Below, piece after piece: positions 54,501 through 64,000 of a DNA stretch of 64,000 bases (its first letter is position 1; every line of letters begins with the position of its first letter). Below the pieces are notes generated by a model, which had not been told where the DNA came from, searched no databases, and saw only the letters and a program-made list of their open reading frames with translations. A program made the translations under genes and the position numbers. The DNA is from Antedon mediterranea (lineage: Eukaryota; Animalia; Echinodermata), in contig NC_092670.1 in the NCBI RefSeq assembly GCF_964355755.1, positions 20,198,795-20,262,794 of the forward strand. The letters run 5' to 3'.

Positions 54501-57500
54501 AAGGCTGACTCACTCCATGGTTCTAGTGGTAGAACAAGTCTTAAGGACTATAAACCGTAGATCCAGTGTACATATCTAGCTCATGTGTTTGTTTGTTTGT
54601 TTGTTTTCATTTCTTGCTCATATAAAAATAACAGTTGTACAGAAATATACATCAAAAGTCGCAGACTTAAAAAACAACAAATTCAAAACAAAGAAAAGAA
54701 ACAAGCAAATTCAGTCCAAAGACAATAAAAAAACGAGTAGTGCTTATTAGACAAGTAGTGCTTATTAGACAAGTAGTGCTTATTAGACAAGTAGTGCTTA
54801 TTAGACAAGTAGTGCTTATTAGACAAGTAGTCCTTATTAGACAAGTAGTGCTTATTAGACAAGTAGTCCTTATAGTAGTCCTTATTAGACAAGTAGTGCT
54901 TATTAGACAAGTAGTCCTTATTAGACAAGTAGTGCTTATTAGACAAGTAGTGCTTATTAGACAAGTAGTGCTTATTAGACAAGTAGTGCTTATTAGACAA
55001 GTAGTGCTTATTAGACAAGTAGTGCTTATTAGACAAGTAGTCCTTATTAGACAAGTAGTCCTTATAGTAGTCCTTATTAGACAAGTAGTGCTTATTAGAC
55101 AAGTAGTGCTTATTAGACAAGTAGTGCTTCTTAGACAAGTAGTGCTTATTAGACAAGTAGTCCTTATTAGACAAGTAGTGCTTATTAGACAAGTAGTCCT
55201 TATAGTAGTCCTTATTAGACAAGTAGTGCTTATTAGACAAGTAGTGCTTATTAGACAAGTAGTGCTTATTAGACAAGTAGTGCTTATTAGACAAGTAGTG
55301 CTTATTAGACAAGTAGTGCTTATTAGACCAGTAGTCCTTATTAGACCAGTAGTCCTTATTAGACAAGTAGTGCTTATTAGACAAGTAGTGCTTATTAGAC
55401 AAGTAGTGCTTATTAGACAAGTAGTGCTTATTAGACAAGTAGTCCTTATTAGACCAGTAGTCCTTATTAGACAAGTAGTGCTTATTAGACAAGTAGTGCT
55501 TATTAGACAAGTAGTGCTTATTAGACAAGTAGTGCTTATTAGACAAGTAGTGCTTATTAGACAAGTAGTGCTTATTAGACAAGTAGTCCTTATTAGACAA
55601 GTAGTGCTTATTAGACAAGTAGTGCTTATTAGACAAGTAGTGCTTATTAGACAAGTAGTGCTTATTAGACAAGTAGTGCTTATTAGACAAGTAGTCCTTA
55701 TTAGACAAGTAGTGCTTATTAGACAAGTAGTGCTTATTAGACAAGTAGTGCTTATTAGACAAGTAGTCCTTATTAGACAAGTAGTGCTTATTAGACAAGT
55801 AGTCCTTATTAGACAAGTAGTGCTTATTAGACAAGTAGTGCTTATTAGACAAGTAGTCCTTATTAGACAAGTAGTGCTTATTAGACAAGTAGTGCTTATT
55901 AGACAAGTAGTCCTTATTAGACAAGTAGTGCTTATTAGACAAGTAGTCCTTATTAGACAAGTAGTGCTTATTAGACAAGTAGTGCTTATTAGACAAGTAG
56001 TGCTTATTAGACAAGTAGTGCTTATTAGACAAGTAGTCCTTATTAGACAAGTAGTGCTTATTAGACAAGTAGTGCTTATTAGACAAGTAGTCCTTATTAG
56101 ACAAGTAGTGCTTATTAGACAAGTAGTCCTTATTAGACAAGTAGTGCTTATTAGACAAGTAGTGCTTATTAGACAAGTAGTCCTTATTAGACAAGTAGTG
56201 CTTATTAGACAAGTAGTGCTTATTAGACAAGTAGTCCTTATTAGACAAGTAGTGCTTATTAGACAAGTAGTCCTTATTAGACAAGTAGTGCTTATTAGAC
56301 AAGTAGTGCTTATTAGACAAGTAGTGCTTATTAGACAAGTAGTGCTTATTAGACAAGTAGTGCTTATTAGACAAGTAGTCCTTATTAGACAAGTAGTGCT
56401 TATTAGACAAGTAGTCCTTATTAGACAAGTAGTGCTTATTAGACAAGTAGTGCTTATTAGACAAGTAGTGCCTCTTAGACAAGTAGTGCTTATTAGACAA
56501 GTAGTGCTTATTAGACAAGTAGTGCTTATTAGACAAGTAGTCCTTATTAGACAAGTAGTGCTTATTAGACAAGTAGTGCTTATTAGACAAGTAGTGCTTA
56601 TTAGACAAGTAGTCCTTATTAGACAAGTAGTGCTTATTAGACAAGTAGTCCTTATTAGACAAGTAGTGCTTATTAGACAAGTAGTGCTTATTAGACAAGT
56701 AGTGCTTATTAGACAAGTAGTCCTTATTAGACAAGTAGTGCTTATTAGACAAGTAGTGCTTATTAGACAAGTAGTGCTTATTAGACAAGTAGTCCTTATA
56801 GTAGTGCTTATTAGACAAGTAGTGCTTATTAGACAAGTAGTCCTTATAGTAGTGCTTATTAGACAAGTAGTGCTTATTAGACAAGTAGTCCTTATAGTAG
56901 TGCTTATTAGACAAGTAGTGCTTATTAGACAAGTAGTCCTTATAGTAGTGCTTATTAGACAAGTAGTGCTTATTAGACAAGTAGTCCTTATTAGACAAGT
57001 AGTCCTTATAGTAGTGCTTATTAGACAAGTAGTGCTTATTAGACAAGTAGTGCTTATTAGACAAGTAGTGCTTATTAGACAAGTAGTGCGTTATCATATA
57101 ACTGACCCTACCAACGTTATCACTGTCTCTACTGTATATATATTGTATTGTAGGTGCCAGTCCTCTACACGATGAGAGCGATAATGTCACAGATCCAGCT
57201 GATGGTAATTCTGCAGACACCATAGAGAGTCTTTCTTCTGAAGAGTCTGCCAGTGCTACATGCCCAAGGTAAGCAAGACTCCTCTGAAATTGAGAAGTCG
57301 AATTAAATTTTTAAGTGGGGAGGTGGAGTTACTTGGCCTTTGTTTCTGTATGGAATAAAAGCTTTAGTAATATTATTAATGATTAATGTTTTTTCTGTAC
57401 AGATATAGCTTAATTGCCAGCAACATTGACAAGTTTATTTTGGATTTGGTAAAGGAACAACTTGCACGACGACAGGCGATGGATATTTCACGTAACCTCC

Positions 57501-60500
57501 TACGCTTATTAACCGTGACGGCTGGATTGGCAGAGGTACGATTACTGGTGGTTCCGAGACTCGAGATGTGGCTCCAAAATCCTAAGGTGACTGAGGTTTT
57601 TTAGTACCCAACAGTCCTTTTTTCAACAAACAATTACATAATACCTAACAATAAATATGGTTACAATAGAAGGTGCTCCGCTTGAAGTAAACTTCCATTA
57701 TTGGGTCCTACACTAGTTAATAGAATGACCTACATTGAGTTCATTTTGTAGATCACAAGGCAAGCACAAGAGGTTTTGATCTCCATCTGTATGAACTGTA
57801 GCTCCAAGAACCAAACAGACCGTGACCTTATTAGTCACCTGATCAAGATCCGATTGAAGACAAAGCAACTTGTCAACCACTACATGGCTTGTATTAAGTA
57901 AGAACCTGTGGCCATATTCACCATTCACACTTAGGCTAAGTGAAACACTTACCCTTAAAATTAAAAAAATATCCTATCTAAGTGAATACAATTTAAGGAA
58001 AATACTTAAATATTTATTGACTTAAGTGTGATTGGTGAATACAGCCACTGCTGTATAAGCCTCCCTCTAATAAAGACCATTGTTGGGACACCTGGTTTCT
58101 CAGTGGCTGTATTATTTTAAATAAATTGATTGCGTTCTATTTTTCAGGGAACTTGTTAAATTTGATTCCGAGAATCTGAATATTGTTATAAAACATGTAA
58201 TCTACAACGAGCTGTCCAGTGCACGAAATCCAAACAACATGGTGATGTTGGCGACTCTTTTCAACCACTTCCCAGAAGCGAGTGCTAATGTAAGTGCGTT
58301 TTGCTGCAGTTACTGCAGTAATTGTAGATTAAAGATAATTAAAGATGACTAGATGGCACGCTCGCTTCGCTCGCGTACCATCTAGGTCTTGCCCACAGAT
58401 GGTTCTCGAATACACAGTATTTCCAGCGAGAAAAAAATGGAGATTTCAAATGTACGTACCGCAGGACTATAATACATTGTCGTTTACAGAAACGAATAAA
58501 TATACACAATGATTTATGTAGTCAACCAAAATTAGCACCCTGGGAATTACTTCCGAGAGAGAAACAAAATGAGTCAAATTTTTTTATTTGGACTCATTTA
58601 AACAAACCCAATTTGTGTTTTGTATGTAACATTAAGGGTTGAGGGATGGGGGAAGAAGATAGGTACAAAGAGGAAACATTTTAAAATATATTCTTATCCA
58701 CTCAGTAACGAAATATTGTTTTTAATGTTTTATAGGCCTATAAATAATATACCACTAAATACAGTAAAACATTTACGATTTAATACGGTACTTTGTTAAA
58801 ACTCTCACTGTCATAGTCGATTGAAATAGTAAAGTACATGTAACGATACACCACTACGACGTTTAAATATTTTTAAATTATTAATTAATACAAACGTTGA
58901 GAAGCAACTGTCAGTAATAACGTTTATTTATTTGTATATTATATGTTTATAATCTAACAGTAGGGCCTACCCACACTCACAGTAATAAAGTTTATTTGTA
59001 TATATTTTTATATTACATCTGACAGTACCAACACTCACAGTAAGAAATTTGCGATTCAAATTGCGATCAAAAGTGGTTAATACCTTAACAGTATTGTACA
59101 GCATTGCAATACTATTTATGTTTATTCTCCAAGGGGGCCCATAAATCTAAATCTATACCTCTATGGTTAAACCCCTGGTTAAACCAAATAATTTGGAATG
59201 TTTATTTGTATATTATATGTTTACAATCTAACAGTAGGGCCTACCCACACTCACAGTAATAAAGTTTATTTGTATATATTTTTATATTACATCTAACAGT
59301 ACCAACACTCACAGTAAGAAATTTGCGATTCAAATTGCGATCAAAAGGGGTTAATACCTTAACAGTATTGTACAGCATTGCAATACTATTTATGTTTATT
59401 CTCCAAGGGGGCCCATAAATCTAAATCTATACCTGTATGGTTAAACCAAATAATTTGGAATGTTCCATTCATCACAAATCAATACATTTGTAAAAACGTA
59501 TATTAAATGTATCAAAATAGTATTTTTTAAAGAAAATCGGCCTGTCTTCAACATTATGATGCTGTACTCGAACTGTTCAACCGGTTTTCAGCTATTAAAA
59601 ACAATTATCGTAAGAGGAGATAGGAAAATGCGAAGCCTCCTCGCATTTTTGTGGCGGGTATTTTTCAAGATGGACATCCATTAGACAGTGTATACCACGA
59701 TCGGAAAACACCCCTATTTGGGGCAAATCGTTGAACCTAAATTCGTTTTAATCGTCAATAACTAATTATCTAACTTAATTTAATTAGTAAACAGGGTTAC
59801 ATCAGGTGGTTAAAATCAGTACCGAAAGTACGAACCAACTTTATATACCATCGAGTAAAAATTCTAGAAGTAAGGCGCGATTTACCGAATTTTGCCCTTA
59901 CGTAAATTTATATATAGATAAGCAGTTAGTATGCATAACTACACTGGTAGTTAGTTATAGTAGTTGGTTACCATAGTTAGTTAGTTACAATAGTTAGTTA
60001 TAGTAGTTAGTTAAAATAGTTAGTTAGTTATAGTAGTTAGTTAAAATAGTTAGTTATAGTAGTTAGTTACAATAGTTAGTTAGTTAGTTATAGTAGTTAG
60101 TTAAAATAGTTAGTTATAGTAGTTAGTTAAAATAGTTAGTTAGTTATAGTAGTTAGTTAAAATAGTTAGTTAGTTATAGTAGTTAGTTAAAATAGTTACT
60201 TATAGTAGTTAAATACAATAGTTAGTTATTTATAGTAGTTAAATACAATAGTTAGTTAGTTATAGTAGTTAAATACAATAGTTAGTTAGTTATAGTATTA
60301 GTAGTTAGTTACAATAGTTAGTTGTTGTAGTAGTTAGTTAAAATAGTTAGTTATAGTAGTTAGTTAGAATAGTTAGTTATAGTAGTTAGTTACAATAGTT
60401 AGTTATAGTAGTTAAATACAATAGTTAGTTAGTTATAGTAGTTAAATACAATAGTTAGTTATAGTAGTTAGTTACAATAGTTAGTTAGTTATAGTAGTTA

Positions 60501-63500
60501 GTTAAAATAGTTAGTTATAGTAGTTAGGTAAAATAGTTAGTTAGTTATAGTAGTTAGTTAAAATAGTTAGTTAGTTATAGTAGTTAGTTAAAATAGTTAG
60601 TTATAGTAGTTAGTTACAATAGTTACTTATAGTAGTTAAATACAATAGTTAGTTACTTATAGTAGTTAATACAATAGTTAGTTAGTTATAGTAGTTAAAT
60701 ACAATAGTTAGTTAGTTATAGTAGTTAGTTACAATAGTTAGTTGTTGTAGTAGTTAGTTAAAATAGTTAGTTATAGTAGTTAGTTAAAATAGTTAGTTAT
60801 AGTAGTTAGTTACAATAGTTACTTATAGTAGTTAAATACAATAGTTAGTTAGTTATAGTAGTTAAATACAATAGTTAGTTAGTTATAGTAGTTAGTTACA
60901 ATAGTTAGTTGTTGTAGTAGTTAGTTAAAATAGTTAGTTATAGTAGTTAGATAAAATAGTTAGTTAGTTATAGTAGTTAGTTAAAATAGCTAGTTAGTTA
61001 TAGTAGTTAGTTAAAATAGTTAGTTATAGTAGTTAGTTACAATAGTTACTTATAGTAGTTAAATACAATAGTTAGTTGTTGTAGTAGTTAGTTAAAATAG
61101 TTAGTTATAGTTGTTAGTTACAATAGTTAATTATAGTAGTTAAATACAATAGTTAGTTAGTTATAGTAGTTAAATACAATAGTTAGTTAGTTATAGTAGT
61201 TAAATACAATAGTTAGTTGTTGTAGTAGGTAGTTAAAATAGTTAGTTATAGTTGTTAGTTACAATAGTTAGTTATAGTTGTTAGTTACAATAGTTAGTTA
61301 TAGTAGTTAGTTACAATAGTTACTTATAGTAGTTAAATACAATAGTTAGTTGTTGTAGTAGTTAAATACAATAGTTAGTTAGTTATAGTAGTTAGTTAAA
61401 ATAGTTAGTTATAGTTGTTAGTTACAATAGTTAGTTATAGTTGTTAGTTACAATAGTTAGTTATAGTAGTTAGTTACAATAGTTAATTAGTTACAATAAT
61501 TAGTTAGTTATAGTAGTTATTTATTGCAGTAAATTATAAAGTCACCAATACTTTAGTAATGATATAGTTAAAATATTTTAAATTATTTGTCAAGTGTTTA
61601 GCAAGTGTATTTCAAGAGTTATTGATGAATCGAGATGACTATCTACGTGCCCTGCGAGCTCTGTTTCGTGAAATTGTTCGTTCCTTGCGACACGAGATTG
61701 ACTTGGCAGCATTTTGTCGTGGACTGATGAAAGAACGCCTTGATTCAGCGTTTGTTGACTTAGACCAACAAATTAAGGTAAATATAATATGTTATAATGT
61801 TTTTTTATTTAAAAATATACATCAAATAATGAATTTAAATAAACACCAAGGTAATGAGTTTTGTAAAGGTTGAAAAGGGACGAAGTAATTAAAATTCCTG
61901 TGTTTGAATTCAACATTAGGCCAGAGGAAATACATTGTATTATGGTGTTCATGTGTGTCCATGATTTTTGTAAAATTGTACTTTTCATATCTTGAATTCT
62001 GGAATGACTAGAACTGTGTAATCTTCTTCCCTATGGCCTTATAATTGCTAAGTTTATGCTTTATTTGTAGGAAAGAATGTTGCAAAGTACAACAGATTTG
62101 ATCTTGCTGTCAATCATGCTTACAGCCATATCTCCAGCTGTCAAAGAAGTGGCACTCAAAAAGGACGCTCCAGTCGGTGAGAACAATTTGTATTATATTC
62201 TTATAGAATCTGTTATTGTAAAAATGCGGAGTTGATCCGGAATTGTGTAACTCGAGTCGTACCCGAGACGCAGAAATGTGGAAATATAGGCCGGTGTAAA
62301 CAACATAAAAAGTTACCCGGGTCGCTGAACCACCCTAATAAATGATGTGGAATGTATTCAGCATCAATTCAATCTTGTGAAAAGGAAATTTATCCAGACA
62401 TGACACAGGTTTTTTATAAGTTTGGTGGTGTAAAAGGGGTATAACAGTTTGTTTACACCTTTCTTATGATTATTATATTTTCAGGTATTATACGAGGCTT
62501 TAAGAAAATAGTTTCCACAATCCAGCGTGATGCAGTTTGGTGGCTCCACACAGTTGTACCAAAGATGTATCAGAAGGATATCCAAAGTTTGTTTCTACCT
62601 TGGTAAATAAATATAGATAACAAAATAAATATCTACATCTACGTTTCAAATATTCTTATGTTGACACAGGACACTATTTTTTTAATGTGGCCAAGGATTA
62701 CCAATAGTAAATTAATCACTGTCCTATCAGATAGGTGCTAATCCCCCTGATACAGGGGCTATTTTGTGAACCAGTTCACCAAGGTAACACCTTACTCTTC
62801 TCGAATAATGAACTGGGTTCTTTAAAGTACACACAGGTTATAACTCTGTACACTGGACCTACGGTTTATAGTCCTTATTCGTGAAGACTTGTTCCACCAC
62901 CAGAACTAGAAGCGAGTCGGCCTCGAACCCTTGCCGATGTTGTAGGCTTTTTAGGTACGGCAAACGGCGCCCCTGCCTTAACCGCTCGTCCATTTGACTC
63001 GCAATATATTTGTAGATCCATAAAAGCCATACGTGTAGCAAACCATTGTTTTTTTCTTTTAAGTTTGCGTAAAGTTCTTTTAATGGATGGTCTAACTTCA
63101 TTTTGCAAGCTGGACAATTGGCCACAGGCATCTGACCAAACGTAAGTCGTTATCAACATGGAAATTGGTAAAATCATTTGTTTTCTTCGTTTGTGTGCAT
63201 TTTTACTGTACTTATTCTGCCACTCTTGACAATAATGACTGACAACCATAATGTTGTTATTTGTATACCATATACCAAGAAAATTTCAAACCCAAATACC
63301 AAAACATAAATAATGTAAATATGTAACACATGGCTGGAAAATATTCAGTTGTATCAGGGAAGAGTGAAACTACTCACTCAGTGGCGTAACGCAGAGACCT
63401 TCAAGTTCCAACGCTGGAGGTCTCGGGCGTTTTTAGCCTTTTCGGTATATTTTAATGCCTGCACTTTTTCCATGGGCCTCCATAAACTCCGGGCCCCTTA

Positions 63501-63788
63501 GTTTAGACAGTGAGCACTCATAGCCGTTACACCACTGTACTCACTGTTCCCTGGTTATATTAATGTTTGTATTCCATTCTATCCAACTCAACCTCATTAA
63601 AATATTTATTTCTAGGCTTTGTAGTGTATTAGATGTGTTGCTTTTTGGTATACCAGTGGAGGAGGATACATTGATTCGTCTTCTGCTAATTGGTTTAAAT
63701 CGCCAGTTACCTGTCCCCCCTCAAGAGGCACTGGAGATAATTGAATTAATGGTTCAGCGAGCGGCTGTTGCAATGATAAAAAACTTTG
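51570..63788 (+). CDS. INTS1: Integrator complex subunit 1, 5' portion (continues beyond the window)
   Basis: Exons ~51570-51609 (putative start), 52375-52614, 52977-53173, 53328-53465, 53967-54132, 57154-57268, 57402-57586, 57751-57897, 58148-58289, 61594-61777, 62071-62177, 62485-62602, 63064-63141, 63617-63788. Motifs DVIALG, NWPEDFVKVYIEDSLGERVWVD, RLEMWLQNPK, NELSSARNPNNM, DDYLRALRALFREI, IQRDAVWWLHTVVP, DNWP. Confidence 0.93.
54587..54740 (-). mobile_element. 3' tip of the same LINE family as 1961-2552
   Basis: Reverse complement matches 2415-2552 (AAGTCTGCGACTTTTGATGTAT..TATGAGCAAGAAAT.AAAACAAACAAAC). Confidence 0.8.
54737..57089. repeat. 18-bp minisatellite, ~130 units, in an INTS1 intron
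   Basis: (AAGTAGT[G/C]CTTATTAGAC)n with occasional 9-bp length variants. Confidence 0.98.
58349..59918 (-). mobile_element. Non-autonomous Helitron
   Basis: Minus strand begins A|TCTATATATAAA and ends with a GC-rich hairpin then CTAG|T; no TSD; internal ~270-bp tandem duplication (58921-59460). Confidence 0.8.
59947..61520. repeat. Complex (TAGT)-derived satellite
   Basis: Mosaic of TAGT, TATAG and TA(A/C)AATAGT subunits forming ~25-33-bp higher-order units. Confidence 0.95.
62680..63002 (-). mobile_element. tRNA-derived SINE family 2 copy
   Basis: Reverse complement GCGAGTCAAATGGACGAGCGGTTAAGGCAG..GGTTCGAGGCC. Confidence 0.8.
63379..63537. mobile_element. hAT MITE with 8-bp TSD
   Basis: CAGTGGCGTAACG...CGTTACACCACTG flanked by TACTCACT on both sides. 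Confidence 0.85.
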
Positions 63789-64000
63789 GTACGTCTACAT
63801 GTTTGTTTCTAGTACTACTGTTACAAGGGAGATTTTTATTGACATAACATTGACCTATGACATAGAAACTAGTTATATTGTGTTATTCTTTGTGTGCATG
63901 TGGGAACATTCGGACGTGCTTCCTTATTTGATTTCTCAACACAGTATTGGTTGATTATATAGTTCAAAATGACAACAAAAATACCTTCTAAGAGGTTTAG

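Noticed and set aside
54737-57089. CRISPR-like array
   Set aside because: No unique spacers, eukaryotic context and no cas genes.
54683-57223. 846-aa (HYLSNK)n and 811-aa (VLIRQV)n ORFs as protein genes
   Set aside because: By-products of an 18-bp intronic satellite; the INTS1 exons on either side splice compatibly across it.
59947-61520. Telomeric repeat
   Set aside because: The unit is TAGT/TTAG without the G-run of TTAGGG or TTAGG, and it is intronic.

Overview
AT-rich, intron-rich animal DNA, most likely a marine invertebrate deuterostome (echinoderm-like; inferred from gene content and repeats). Five protein-coding genes can be reconstructed by hand from GT/GC-AG exons. (1) A very large 5'-incomplete mosaic LGR/GRL101-type GPCR (299-27906, +; about 2,260 aa inside the window): mucin-like stretch, kringle, CUB, F-type lectin, 4 LDLa, C-type lectin, 2 SRCR, 2 CUB, C-type lectin, 7 LDLa, LRRs, 7TM, and unexpectedly a cytoplasmic tail resembling protein-kinase subdomains V-VII. 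(2) MAP2K4/MKK4 (+). (3) BUD31 (-). (4) An AQP8-like aquaporin (+) with Glu at a selectivity-filter position. (5) The 5' part of INTS1 (+). Between the GPCR and MKK4 lies a nested transposon stack: a hAT-like shell with a 5-bp TSD containing a 5'-truncated CR1/L2-group LINE and an internally deleted THAP/P element with an 8-bp TSD. The window also holds a minimal hammerhead ribozyme at its start, a Helitron, DINE/Helentron-like, Kolobok-like and Harbinger-like MITEs, tRNA-SINEs and two intronic satellites. All calls come from reading the sequence; no database searches were run.
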